A stretch of DNA of 63,626 nucleotides, filler included, from Reticulomyxa filosa (Eukaryota; Protista; Foraminifera): assembly GCA_000512085.1 (NCBI GenBank). It is 19 parts of 19 records of this genome, joined end to end, with 100 filler letters (N's around TTAATTAATTAA, not from the genome) between each part and the next. Parts side by side here need not be neighbours in the genome. Positions count along the whole stretch, not along the records: positions 1 to 2,058 come from ASPP01010518.1; positions 2,159 to 6,538 come from ASPP01010572.1; positions 6,639 to 11,380 come from ASPP01008006.1; positions 11,481 to 14,387 come from ASPP01010001.1; positions 14,488 to 18,897 come from ASPP01005427.1; 14 more parts are not named here. One strand, given 5' to 3'. The stretch's first letter is position 1. The number at the start of each line of letters is the position of its first letter. Shown here piece after piece: positions 1 through 16,096 of this stretch. The notes below the pieces were generated by a model. It did not search any database and had not been told where the DNA came from. It saw only the letters and a list, made by a program, of their open reading frames with translations. Both the position numbers and the translations under genes were made by a program.

Positions 1-42
1 AATAATAATAATAATGACTATTTTAATTCTTAATTAAACAAG

Positions 43-663
43 GCGTTTCATCAAAAAGCCAATTTAATGTGCCACGTGCTAACTCATTTGAAAAATCGAA
101 CGTATACGCATCCATTTGAATGTGTGCTGTGCGAACGAATGGGCTTTGAGCGCAAGTTCACAAGGAAGTCATCATTGCGACGCCACGTCCTCACCAAGCA
201 TCCATCGTGTGGCAAGGATGCGGCATGGATAACAACACAAAAAAAACCTCGACTTTCCAGACAATTATGCGACAGTTTGAATGCCAGATATCGCGTGCGA
301 AACGAAGAGGCTCGTCGTTGTGTGCAAAACAATACGGTCAATTCGCCAAGTTTGAACAATTGCTCGATGACAAGTAACACCAATACGGTAGGTGCCATTG
401 GTGCGAATGATGTCCATGTCAACTCTATGCCGAGTTCTCAATTGGTTCAAATCTTTCCTGAAATGTTCTTGCTTCAGAATCCGCAGCTACTTGACCAATT
501 CCGTTCTTGCAACGACAGTCCAGAGACTATTAAGCTCATGGCCGTTAATCACTGTGGAAACAGTGAATCCATTTCTACTGTTTTTCAACATATGCCCCCG
601 TTCACTTTGCGTCCTGACGTCGTTAAAACCGAACGTCAAACTGAAAGTTGCAACTCTATATAA
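43..663 (+). CDS. C2H2 zinc-finger protein, 3' exon (5' end outside window)
   Basis: After acceptor AACAAG the frame reads AFHQKANLMCHVLTH...PFECVLCERMGFERKFTRKSSLRRHVLTKH, giving two C2H2 finger signatures, then a low-complexity tail. Confidence 0.8.
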   Translation, partial: AFHQKANLMCHVLTHLKNRTYTHPFECVLCERMGFERKFTRKSSLRRHVLTKHPSCGKDAAWITTQKKPRLSRQLCDSLNARYRVRNEEARRCVQNNTVNSPSLNNCSMTSNTNTVGAIGANDVHVNSMPSSQLVQIFPEMFLLQNPQLLDQFRSCNDSPETIKLMAVNHCGNSESISTVFQHMPPFTLRPDVVKTERQTESCNSI

Positions 664-1036
664 TAATAATAAATAACATAAAATACAAATATAAAATATT
701 AATAATCATAAAAAAAAAATTTTTGTAAAAAAAAAAAAAAATGTCCAACAAAATTAGAATATAAAATGAAATTGTTTTGGATTATTGTGATGTGTTACGA
801 TGTTGCGCATTTCAATAAAACAATAATATATTTTTTTGTTTTATGCTTTTTATATTATTCACGTTTTATTTCGCTTTCACAAATTTATGTTACTTCAATC
901 TTTCCCTCAAACATTTTTTTACAACGAGTATAGAAATTGTATACAGTACTCGGACACAGGTTTTGTTCGCCTCTCCCTTTTTGATTTTAAACTTATTAAT
1001 AATAACGACGTCCTGGTAATAGCAATAAAAAAAAAA

Positions 1037-1954
1037 ATGACGTCGGATAAATCACAATTTCCGAATCCAAAAGACGCATTATTTTCAGTTGGTCTAATTG
1101 CAGACCCTCAGCATGCGGACGTGGACGACCGTTGGAATTTTTTAAAAACAACGCGGCGACGATATCGCTTAGGACTGGAGATTACAAAAAATGCAGTGAA
1201 GACATGGAATGATGAGAACGAGAGCAACCCAAGGCCATCAATGATTATTTGTTTGGGAGACATCATTGACGGGCTGAACAAAAATATAAATGAATCAACC
1301 AAAGTAAAGTTGTTTTTTTTTTTAATTTTAAAAAAACAATTACAAATGTATATGAACACAACACGGAAATTAAAACCCAAAATTTTAACATCTTTCTGCA
1401 ATTGCAAAAAAAAAAAAAAAAAAGGTAATGGACAATATAATGAAAGCATTTGGTGAATTTGAGCCAAACACGGATAAAAAAGCCCAAATAAGTGTGCAAG
1501 ACGATATGGCAATGAAAGGAAGCAATCGTGAGAGAATAGAGAAATATGAGTCATCAAAAACGTGGAAGATGCCAAAGTATCCGTATTTCCATAATTTGAT
1601 TGGCAACCATGAAATGTACAACTTTAATCGGATGGAGTTGATGGACTACATGTACAATCCAACGAGCCATCCATTGGAGTATTACTACTCGTTAAGTCCA
1701 TATCCGGGATTTGTCTTCATCTTTTTGGACAGTTATGTCTTATCCATGTCTGGATATAATTACATCACAAAAGACGGAGACAAATCCAAGGATAAGAACG
1801 GAGTGGAAGAGCAAGATGATCACTATGATGCGAACGATGCCAAGTATATTGAAGAATCGAAAGCAATGTACGCTTTGTCAAACCAACTGTTGAATGATAA
1901 TAATATCAATAAAGACAAAAGCGCAATTGATGGATTAGATGGAGATTTGAAAAG
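1037..1954 (+). CDS. ADPRM: Mn-dependent ADP-ribose/CDP-alcohol diphosphatase (calcineurin-like metallophosphoesterase), 5' part
   Basis: Motifs GLIADPQHAD, RRRYR, CLGDIIDG, IGNHEMYNFNR, YYSLSPYPGFVFIFLDSY. Intron 1304-1424 (GT...A18G). Truncated by the contig end. Confidence 0.8.
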
Positions 1955-2058
1955 GTGTATGTTTTTTTGGAAAAGTAATAAACAATAATATAACAATAAT
2001 ATTATATATTATTGTTATATTATTGTTTATTAGTCGTCCTTGTTTTTTTTTTTTTTTT

Positions 2059-2158
2059 NNNNNNNNNNNNNNNNNNNNNNNNNNNNNNNNNNNNNNNNNN
2101 NNTTAATTAATTAANNNNNNNNNNNNNNNNNNNNNNNNNNNNNNNNNNNNNNNNNNNN
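2059..2158. other. Artificial contig spacer (N44-TTAATTAATTAA-N44), first of 18
   Basis: Identical 100-nt spacers start at 2059, 6539, 11381, 14388, 18898, 22048, 23376, 29743, 36040, 39429, 46500, 48836, 49936, 51605, 55900, 59221, 60812 and 61913. The core has stop codons in all six frames. Confidence 0.98.
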
Positions 2159-2282
2159 AAAAAAAAAAAAAAAAAAAAAAAAAAAGGGGACAAAAACAAC
2201 TTGAGTTTGTGAACAAGGAGAATGTCCCTGGAAATGCAAATGGTTGATTTCAGAGTCACAGCAATGATGTTGTGATAATGAC

Positions 2283-2330
<48 letters not shown>
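2283..2330. repeat. (GAT)n trinucleotide microsatellite
   Basis: About 16 uninterrupted GAT units; these generate the spurious poly-M/H/S ORFs. Confidence 0.9.
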
Positions 2331-2921
2331 AAAAGATGGACGTCCGACGGGAGTGAATGGTTATGTGACATTGAGGACATTTGCGGTTGACACAAATGTC
2401 CTGGAGAAACGCGAGCAGGAATGGACACATCATTGCGAGTGCATATGTCGCCGTCGTGTTCCAAACGCACCGCGGTCCCCTTAATGATCACGGTCATAAT
2501 GTCGATCCTACCTTGACTTGCATTGCCATTGTTACCCGGCATTTTGGTGGCTTTTTGCTGCTTTCCCTTTTTCACACTCGGACATAGATAAATGTCCACT
2601 TTGCCGTGGAACGACGTACTCCCTGACGAGGGCACTTGCAGACGCACATGAAACGCATTCGGACAAGCCACGTCGTCGTTCACATAGAAAAGGGAAGGGG
2701 TCCAACAGCCCTTTCTCATGTTCACTCCAGCTCCAAATTTCCCCCTTTGGCCTCCCCCTTGTCCATTTTTACGCCACTCCCCGCCAAACACCTCCACGCA
2801 TATTTCATTGCGAGTGGCTCCGTCCTCCGTCCATGATATTCTGAAATATGCTTGCTTCGTGCCAGTTATCCGGCAAGTGTCAGGCTATGGTCATAGTTTA
2901 AATAAATATATAAATATATAT

Positions 2922-2953
<32 letters not shown>

Positions 2954-3833
2954 TTATATATTTATTTAAACTGAGGGTTGCAAGTTTCGCAGAAAAGTCT
3001 TGCGTGCAATGCACTTCCATTGGACGCATCTCGACAACAACGGCGCTTCAAGATTGGCGTGATGAAAGACGTCAATGACCATGCTGCAAGACAGGGCGTC
3101 ACTCGAGTGAGTTGCGGTCAATATTGCAATCGCGCGGCTGTTTGCTTTGTCGCTCGACTCGATCACCATTGGATTCATTTGTCGCTTCCACTCACTCATC
3201 TTCTCGCTGCATATGCACGCCCAGTCGTACTCTTCCGTCCAAGGGTATTTCTCTTCTTTCGTCAATAGTGGACGCATTGCACATGATGGGCAAAAATTAA
3301 ATTGCAATTTTTGTTTGCTTTCTTTTTTTTTTTTTTTTAAAAAAATTTTAAAAAAAAAAAATTAAAGCCAAACTATAAAGAAATATATGTAAATGAACGC
3401 ACTCCATTTATTTGTATACACATATATATATATATATATATATACATTTTATATACGTATACGTATCGCTCTACCACAGACCTCTTCTTTGCTTGCTCGA
3501 ATATGTGTTGCTCAATTCTCTGCTGTAACCGCAGGCTTGCCACGCTTCTTTTGAAAAACTTTCAATTAATGCTTCGTTTTTGCTATCTTTTTTACTGCCT
3601 TTTCGGCTCTGCTTCTTTACTGCGACTTCTGGAGACGCGTGCTTCGTGTCGTCCTTTGCCGGAAGTGCTGTCCGTCTCCTTTTCGCGGGATGATCCATTT
3701 CTTTGCCTTCCTCGTCATCTGCGTACAACTGATGCAATGTACGCGCTCTTCCTGCCACGTAGGAACAAATTAACGGATTGAACGAAAAATTTTGATCAAG
3801 TAGAGTGATGCCGGAATTTTTATTTTCTGTCAT
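2330..3833 (-). CDS. Multi-exon hypothetical protein
   Basis: GC-richer exons join in frame (MTENKNSG...; FCPSCAMRP...LQPS|PDTCRITG...) and are separated by TA-rich GT-AG introns such as 2885-2971. No family recognised; 3' end uncertain. Confidence 0.5.
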
Positions 3834-4150
3834 AGTATTAAAACAATTATTTGCGTTGTTCTGCCTCCACAGGAGAAAACAAAAAAAAAAGGAGCACGCC
3901 TTTTTTTCAAAAAAAGCTAAAGAAAACAACACTTTTTTTTTTTTTTTGCAAAAGCGGGTCAGGAAAGAATGGCAATTTTTGTGAGGAAGTTAAAAACCTC
4001 CCGGACACTCGTGTATCAAAAACTGATCCATCGACATTTTATTTTTGGGTTTACTTCAAAGAAAACAAAACAATTAGTGGGTTAAGATTTATTTTTTTTT
4101 GGAGCTCCCTTTTGAATTAGTCGAAGAAGCTAATAATAATAATAATAATA

Positions 4151-6503
4151 ATGTTTCAATCCTTGGTAGGTTTGCGGAATGAAGTGGTGATAATACAAAG
4201 TCCAGTTTCTTTATTTCGCGTGCAGCTCTCGAAAGTAACAAACCTATCCCTGTGTGATATGGCGCTAAGAGTGTTAGCACGTTGAACACAAGCTTTGAAA
4301 CACAACTGTACAAAACACAGGGTTCGGTGTTGAGCAAAGATCTGATAATAAGTGAGATCGAAAACCCGAAAGGAGTGGAGAGCGCAACGAACGGTGATTG
4401 GATAGTGATATGGAACGAGCAACAAATGGAAGTGATAGAGACAAACGAGAGCACAAGCAAGGCGACGCAGGTGCTCAATATTTTGAAGAACAAGCCAAGC
4501 GAGACGATAGTAAAAGTGAGTTGTCACCCGTATAGTAATTCGAGCATTTGTGTATTGACCACGGAGCACATGTACATTGTTGACTTAATGTTTTTATTGC
4601 GCGATTCGTCAGACACATATTTTGTGAGACACTTGCAACTGCCCGAAAGGGGTACCATTGTGGACTTTTGCTGCGCATCTGCGCACGCTATGTATTTGAT
4701 GAGTGCTCAGGGACGTATTTGGGTGGGTTCCCCAATCATTCCACATCATGCGAGATTCCCAAACACTTGTTCATTGAATGGGATCAGAGTGATCATCGCC
4801 ATTCCCATTCCCGTCGATCAGGCTTGAAGGAGTGGATAGACACTTGCTTCAAAGAAGGAGAAGGAGAAGAAGAACAAGAACAAGAACAACAACAACACAC
4901 ACATAAAAGGTGGTCCAAAGAACCGCGGATACGTTATAACGCACGAAAAGCACACATTGGAGATGAGTACGCCAGAAACGGGAAACGTTTGGCTTCGTCA
5001 GCAAAAACGCTGTCCACAGAAAAGCCGAAACAGCATATCGAAGCAATGTGGATCCCTCAAGAAATTGTCAATGAAGAGGAGAGCAGTCGTCTCCTCCGTA
5101 ATGATCCAAGCAATACGTGGATAGCTATTCATTGTTGGTATGATACTCCTAATAATAATAACAGTGTAAATCATCCAATAAGAATTGCGAGGATTGGACC
5201 ACAAGGCATTACTATTCTGTGCCAATTTGATAATCCGATACCAGAGTGGGAGGACGAGAAGAAAGTATATGACTCGATTTGTATTGAAACGTTGCGATTT
5301 GACGATGCTGACGATGACGATAACAACGGCAGTGGCGGTGGCGGTGATGGTGGTGATGGTGGAGATGGAGATGGACAAAGCAATGTTGCGCTTTGGAAAA
5401 TCAAGGGCTTGCAAATGATGCCTCATCGCATTGCGAAGAGACAGTCGTTGACACTGGGATGGTTGGTATCCCATCCCGAGTCTTATGCATATCTGTGTCA
5501 CATCACACTCCCTTCACTTGATCAGTTTGACAGCAAAGAGGACGCCGACGACCGCGTCGAGGCGCTGCTCACTTATCATCAGAGCACCGTCCAATGGTGT
5601 CACGTCAAACATATCGTCGACATGTGCTCGCTCGACGGCGTCGTGGCGTCTTTGATCGGAGACGGCGTCGTTCGCTGCGATTATTGGCATACACTGTTCC
5701 CTACAAATGCAGAGACTACCACAGGCGCACGCATGTTCGCATTGACGCCGATGACGGCGGCGGAAGAAAAGAAGTCGTTGGATGAACGTGAAAGAGATAA
5801 GGATAAGAACAAGAACCAGGAGAAAGATAATGCTGACCCGGATGTCAAACGCAGAAGCAATGAATTTGGAACGACCTTAAACTCGATCTCAAAGAGCTTG
5901 CTCAAACCCTTGACCAACGGCACGTCCATGCCATCGGGAAATGATGACTTGCTGCGGTGGTATTGCACTGAACAACAACAACTGATGATGGACAAAATCG
6001 ACTCCATTCGTAGTAGCTATAACTCTGTGCTTCAACATTGGGAACAAATCGAATCTGATTGCCAACATATCGTCGAACCGGCCATTGCTACTTTGAAACT
6101 CAATCTAAACGTTCTTCGCGAAAATGAAAAAAGACTGGTGGAAGAGTTTCACAAGGTCGCCCTTTTTCAAAGAGAACTTCAGACTATCTTCGAAACTATT
6201 GACGCCAAATTCCAATCTTTAAAGTCACATGTGGAAAAAAGCAACCAGGAACGCGAAATGGAACAATACTTGCAAAATTGTCAAAAGGACATTCGGCTTA
6301 TCACATCTTTTCTTGACAATCAACAGTCTGAGAGCACAAAAAAAAAACGTTTCACTGAAGAGCTCATGGAAATTTTGTCAATCAATGAAATGGAACAAGA
6401 AGGCTTGCATGAACTTATTACCCAACGTCTCAACAAACAAAGTCGAATACTTTTTGCAATGCTAAAAAATCTCGAAAAAGTCGGCAAGGGCTGCACAAAG
6501 TAA
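4151..6503 (+). CDS. Nucleoporin Nup88/Nup82-like protein (beta-propeller plus C-terminal coiled coil) with two apparent 1-nt frameshifts
   Basis: KVSCHPYSNSSICVLT and MYLMSAQGRIWVGSPIIP resemble Nup88 propeller motifs (WHP-S-D...L.VL; LY.L...G.IY..CP..P), and the C-terminus is heptad-rich. Frames join if one base is missing before ~4282 and at ~4760 (CCC AAA). Confidence 0.5.
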
Positions 6504-7145
6504 CTCATTATTTCAATTTCTCAAAAAAAAAAAAAAAANNNNNNNNNNNNNNNNNNNNNNNNNNNNNNNNNNNNNNNNNNNNTTAATTAATTAANNNNNN
6601 NNNNNNNNNNNNNNNNNNNNNNNNNNNNNNNNNNNNNNATGCGAAATTGCAAACAACTTTGCTTTGCCCCTAGGGAAAAAAAAAAATTTGTTTTTATTTT
6701 GGCAAAGAAAGTTCGTGACATTTAAAATCTACAAATTATTAGTGTTTTAATCTTTTCAACAAAATGAAAATAGAAACTAAAAAAAAAAAAAGGGAAAGCA
6801 AAGTAAGTTTAGAATCTTCTCTTTACACTTGCAATGGCAAAGAGTCCTTTTTTCCTCTTCATTTTATAATGCTTTTTTTGAAAATATCTGCTCGCAGAAA
6901 TGCTTGGGCACAAAAAAAAAGAAAGAGTGTTTTGGCTACAATTTTGTTATAACCATACGCTAAAAAAAAAAAGTTTTTGCTAACAGTCGACGTGAAGTCA
7001 ATTCGAACGTCATTGACGTCATGTTGTTTTTTTTTCGACTAAAATTCGCAATCTGCCGGCTTGCATATTCTAACTGCTGCCAGGAAAACGTTTGAACAAC
7101 CATTTTCTCACGTTCTGTTGTTCAAAACAAACAAACAGTTTGGCA

Positions 7146-10213
<3,068 letters not shown>

Positions 10214-11542
10214 AATTTTTGTTTCCACCCAAACATTACATATATTTGGATATGTTTCTTCATTTTTTAAAATACGATGCAAAACTGTTGCAATTAGCCC
10301 GAGTTGCTTTGCTTCGTTCTGTGAGTCTCCGTTTTACTTGAAATTGTTTTGGTTTTTTAATGACATTTGATATCCTTTTCATTATGCCGAATCCCCCACT
10401 CCCAACAGCTTTTATTCTTATGATTGCAATGTTTATCAAATTTTTTTTTTATTGCTTGCAAATCTGAAATGTATTTAGGTTTTTCTGTTGGCTTTGATAA
10501 CTTACTTGGACTGTGAATAACAACTTGAACACTAATATCTGGCTTCCATGATTTACTTCGGATAACAATTTTTTGATTTTATGAGCAACCCGAGTATTTA
10601 AAAAGTAATTTTGAATATACCAATAACACTAACAAAAGGAAAATATCTCATTGAATAGCAAGCTGCATAAATTGTTTGAAAAAAAAAGTAGATTTATAAA
10701 CCTAGACGTGTTTCAAGCGAATTTTTTTGCAATTTAAAACTGTCAAAATCATATCAGAGTTCGACAGAAGTATTATTAAGAGTACTAAATACAAATTTTT
10801 CATGTACTGTTTTTTTGGTCATCCGAAAAACATCAACGCCGGAATAATTGCATGACTTCCTCAAGTGGCAATAGTCTTTTTTAAAAATATGGCAGAAGAG
10901 ACATATTCTTTTAGGCAGATGTATCCAAATGCTTACGAGTTAAAAAGAACTGCTGGTATATTTCAACAGACCAAGATTGAAACAACAAACAATATACAAA
11001 CTTTTTTTAACGAGCACTTGAATTTTCCTCAGATATTTCAAACATCAATCCTTTCATATTTTTTATCCCTCAAATTCGTCCGTGATCTACACAGCTGAAG
11101 GACCTGGAAAGGGATTTTTGATGTCAACACCAGGAGATGTAGAGCTTGGTATACAAACAAGCACAGAAAAAGGTCCAGTGGGGCCGATCAACACAAGCGA
11201 GAGCACAAATTTACAAGAAATTGACAGGTCTCCTCATGACTCTCCCAATTCAGACGATGTGGTTATTAGTGACCAACCACAAACCAAAGAACCAGATGAA
11301 AAAAAGGTATGCGACAAGGGGAGGGGGAGTTTTTTTTTTTCTAAATTAAAAAAAAAAAAAATAAAATAATCCTTTTTTTTNNNNNNNNNNNNNNNNNNNN
11401 NNNNNNNNNNNNNNNNNNNNNNNNTTAATTAATTAANNNNNNNNNNNNNNNNNNNNNNNNNNNNNNNNNNNNNNNNNNNNTTTTTTTTTTTTTTTCCTCC
11501 CTTCCCCCCTCCCCCCCTCCTTGCCCCCTCCTCCTTCTAATG

Positions 11543-14344
11543 CTAAGTCTCAAAACTTTTGCGCGCCTTTGAACTCTTCCAATTGCAGTTGCTTAAGCTC
11601 TTTCTTTTTTCCACTTCCTTTTGCAATGCTTCCACTGATTCGTTCAGCTTTTTCAACTCTTTCTTTTTTTGGTTGGCTTCGTCGTTCATCTTTTGCCAAT
11701 TGATTTCGCCCTCTTTGATTTCTTTACGCAAGGAATTCAATTGCGTTTCCAAAAAGCGCTTGGACGACTGTATCTTCTCCTCCTCCTGCTTCAACGATTC
11801 CACAGTTTCTTGCAATTTCTGGGTCTCTTGTTTCTGAAGCTGCAGTTTCTGTTCGTTCTTTTGTCGCAGCTGCTTCCATTTCGAGCGCTCTTGCCGAATT
11901 GTGTTCATCAATTTCTCTTTCTCACGTTTTTCGTCCTCCCATATCTAATGTCAACACAATGTAATGTAATCCCAAAAGGAGGAGAATATTTATACTTATA
12001 TATATGTACATACCACTTTGTATTGCTGTTGCTTGGATTCAATATCTTGCTCTCTTTGTTTGAGATTCGTTTCCATCATTTGAAAGTGCTGTTCAAACTC
12101 AGTTTTTTCATTGTCAAACTTGCGCTTCGTTTCTTGGAATTGCGCCTTTTCGAATTCCAAGTCTTGTTTCAATCGGTTGTGTTCGCTTATATCCGAGTCC
12201 AGATCGTGACTTTTGGTCGCAATTTCTTTTTTACTTTGTTCCGTTTCTTGCCTTTGTTTTTCCAATAACTCTTTCTGTGTGTTCAATTCCGCCAACGTTT
12301 CGTTCGCCCGCATTTGGTTCTGTTCTTTGGCCTTCTCCACTTCTTTGCGGTCTTTGTTGATTTGATGACGCAATACCTCCAATTCGCTCTCTCGACAAGT
12401 CAACTCCAGCCATTTCGTTTCGCATTCTCTTTCCCGCTCTTTCAGCGCTTCTTGTGTCGATTTCAATTCGGTCTTTTGTTTGTCTAGTTTCCTTTTTTTT
12501 TTTTTTTTTTTTTAAATAAAAAAAAATTTGGAACGGAATGTTCTATAATTTTCTTTGTACCAATGGCATTTCAAAAATAATCTCAAACTTACCTCTTTCA
12601 GTTTCTCCAATGTTTTTCTTTCCACTTGAAGTTGTGTTTGTTCCTGTTTCAATTTCGCAGTTTGCGAGTCCAAGTCTTTTCGGAGCTTAGAGCGCTGTCA
12701 TACCACACATATATATATATACATATATATGTATATATATATGTATATAATATTGTAATGAAAAATACAAGTGCACACAAACTTTAGTGGAATAGCTTTG
12801 TTCTCGTTTGGTCAACTCGTCTTCAAATTGCTTGAGTTTCACTTTCTTTTCGTCCAATTTTTGCAATGAGCAATGCAGCTCTTTTTGCTGCAGTAGCAAT
12901 TGCTGCGTTTCGGACAGAATGCGTTCCTCGGTTTTTTTTTTAAACTCTTCAAAGGCCTGTTTGTCCTTGTCCAACTCCGATTGGTTGTCTTGGAAACTAT
13001 GGCACTTTTGCATCATTTTCTCGTGCATCTTGTTCAGTTCGTTTTGTCTGTCCTTCAATTGGTTGCGATTGGACTCGACCTTTTGCTGTTCGTCGGCGAG
13101 GTCCCGTTTTTGCGTTTCCATGTTCTTCAAGTCCGTTTCTAGTTTCATTTGCGTGACGGCCAATTCGGACCTGGCATTTTGCAATCGTTTACTTTCCAGA
13201 TTCAATTGCTATTGATATTTGATGTATGTAAATGTAAGCTCATAATATTAAAAAAAAAAAAAAAAAAAAAAAAGCAAACCTGTTCCAACACTTTCAATGA
13301 TTGCAATTGTTGTTGCACGTGCTGTTCTTTCATTTGAAGTTCACTTTTTTCATTTTCTAAAGACTGTTCTTTCTTTTTCAGCGCTTCGAAAGAGCCCTTT
13401 TCATTCCACTCGTGTTGCGCTTTTTCCAAATCCTTTTTTTTGTCATCATACTTGGCCACTTGTTCGTTTAATTGCTTTTCTTTCTTTTGGTTTATCTCTC
13501 GATCCATTTCTATTTTCTGCAATCAAACGTGACTGTTAATGTTTATTTTTTATTTTTCTATTTTTTCGAGGAAAAAAAAAAAAAAAAAAAAAAAAAAGTT
13601 AACTTGCTTTTCTTCTCGCAACTTGGTCCATTCTTGTGTCAACTCGCTCTGCTTTTGCTTACACCTCTGTTTTTTTTTTTTGCCACGTTCCGCAAAGAAA
13701 TTGAAAGGGTATATACGTATATTCGAAAAAGAACGAGAAGGAGGAAGGGAAAAAAATTTAAAAAATAAATAAATAAAATTAAAAGCGGAACGGTTTCAAT
13801 TGTATCACACTGCTTTTCTCGCTCTCGGAGCTGTTTATCTTTGTTGCAGAAATCCTTCCATTTCTCTTCGACTTCCTGCCCTCGCCTCAACAAAACCTCT
13901 TCCTTGTCCACCCACTCTTGCTTTTGGGCTTCCAATTGTTTGCTCGACTCATTCATTGAATTCAATTTCGACAGCTGTCTTTCCATTTTTTTGTATTCTT
14001 TTGTCAATTTGCTTTCTTTTTCTTTCAGCTGTTCTTCTCTTTTTTTTTAATATTTTTTATTATTTTCAATATGTCCGATATATTATTTATAAAAATGAGA
14101 AAATATGAAAATTTTTTATTTTTTTTTTTTTTTAAAAAAAGGGGGGGTGGAACTTTTCTTGGCAAGCTTTTGATTGGAGAGAAAGCTCGTTTTGTTGTTT
14201 GAGCAAAGCGGTTCTTTGTTGTTTTAATTTTTGCTCATTCAGCACTAATTCATTTCGTTGATTTTCCAAATATTTTTTCTGACTGTCTTCCATTTGCTTT
14301 AATTCATCGATCATTTCTTTTCTTCTGGATTCCAACTCTTGTTC
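11543..14344 (-). CDS. Long coiled-coil protein (internal exons; both ends truncated by spacers)
   Basis: Series of E/K/Q-rich heptad exons separated by GT...poly(A)AG introns. Confidence 0.7.
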
Positions 14345-14973
14345 CTTTTTTTTTTTTTTTTTTTTTTTTTTTTGTTTGTTTTTTTTTNNNNNNNNNNNNN
14401 NNNNNNNNNNNNNNNNNNNNNNNNNNNNNNNTTAATTAATTAANNNNNNNNNNNNNNNNNNNNNNNNNNNNNNNNNNNNNNNNNNNNTTTTTTTGCATGG
14501 TTCATAAATGATTATGATTATTTCAATGAACTAAGTTGAAGTTGATATGATAATGTCCTGCAACTTATTTGGAGATATACGCTCTCAACTGAATTCAAAT
14601 GTAACACAAGTTTTCTAAACAGAAAACTTCTTGTTTTCCTTTGCAAAAAATGATAATTATGTTTCAATTGCTTTTTGTCCTTTTTTCAGCGAATGCCATT
14701 ACGATTACATGAACTTATTGAATTGGAAAATATTTTGTTTGTAAAATTTTTTCTTTTATTAAAAACTATTGAAAAAAGTGGGCTTGCAATGTATCGTGCA
14801 AAATGTGATAGTGCTAATGACGTCCGGAAATAGAAAAAATGATATGTGTTAAGAGAAAATGAGTGATTAGTTTTTTAGCTTATTTCAAAAGCACAACTAA
14901 TGGAGTAGTTTTCAAAATGCTTATTTGATGTTGCTGTTACTAAAGAAAAAGCAATAAAATAAAATTGATATAA

Positions 14974-15720
14974 CTATGGATTTGATACGTTGTTTTGGTT
15001 GAGACGAGCTTTTTTTAATTGTTGATGATATTTCATTCGTGCCCATTGTACCATAATCCGATCTTTCCAATTTCCCAATCGCCTTAAATCAGGTCTTGCG
15101 TCGATTATATAAGAATTGAGAAAAGGTTGTATGTCTTTTGTCTGCGGATTATTGATGTTATTGTTTCTTTCGATAGCATAGTAATCAACGATATAACGCA
15201 CAGTTGTTCCACATCGATCAATCTGCCAGTCATAACGATCAAATGGATATTTTTGTCTAGCAGCATAATGTAGAAAATAGGCTTTGATTGATGGTTGAAA
15301 TGATAGACTCTTAAGATTTTTTATTTTTGGTTCTTTGCATTTGCTGTTTCAGTTTTCGGTTCACTCACTTTTTGTAAGAGTTAGCACAAGAAAATTACAA
15401 AGGACAAAAAAGACCTGAAGTGAAGAGACTCATATTCCCAGATAGCAGTCCAAGTCCTTTCCAATATGTCAGGAGAAACTGAGGGAGCAACTCCTTTAGG
15501 ATTTTCCATTCCCTTTTTTTTCTTTTTTTCTTCTTTTCTCCTTTTCGAAGTTTTTGAGACGGCAACAAAACCAAAGGTACAAAACTCGTAACTATGTCCA
15601 TTTCACAATAATTGTGAACAGTATGTTAAAAATGAGTTATTAAGTTAGAAACAGAAGTATTGAGCAGCATAATTCTTTTTTAATGCTGGGCAAGTGTTTG
15701 CTGATAGTTGCAACCCAAAC
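14974..15720 (-). pseudogene. Holocytochrome c synthase (cytochrome c heme lyase)-like sequence, divergent or decayed
   Basis: The 3' exon reads KYPFDRYDWQIDRCGTTVRYIVDYY...IIDARPD...WKDRI, matching the HCCS motifs PFDRHDW..DRCG..VRY.IDYY and DVRP. An upstream VHN is present at ~15610 but lies next to an in-frame stop. Confidence 0.65.
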
Positions 15721-16096
15721 TTTATTTCGCATTTATCTTTTTGTCTATTTTTAATGAAAGAATTTTTTCAGATAATAGTCCATTGTTGTGAGTCTTATAA
15801 CATAAAATCCAAGCGCAATGAAAGACTACATGGCAATGTTTTGAGTCCAGAATTTCACCAAAAAGAATAAAATTATTTAGATGTGCAATTTATTGTGTCA
15901 CATCAGATGGCGAAAATTTTTGAAAAGTTATTTGTTATAAAAGGCAATCAAACCAGATAACAAATAGCCGACAGGCATGGACATGAACAAAATGGGAGCC
16001 CCAAAATGAAAAAGATCGAAAAATTACAAAATTGAATCCCTTTTTTGTGTTTTTTTTTTGGGCATTTTCTTATTTTCACGGGTATACAAAGCAAAA

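Noticed and set aside
2107-2484. Poly-His, poly-Met and poly-Ser ORFs
   Set aside because: These are alternative readings of a (GAT)n microsatellite.
6986-7023. CRE-like TGACGTCA and ACGT palindromes upstream of kinesin-13
   Set aside because: It is a plausible promoter element but a single short occurrence with no independent support.
11559-14108. Long + strand F/S/C/L-rich ORFs
   Set aside because: They are antisense shadows of the E/K/Q-rich coiled-coil gene on the - strand.
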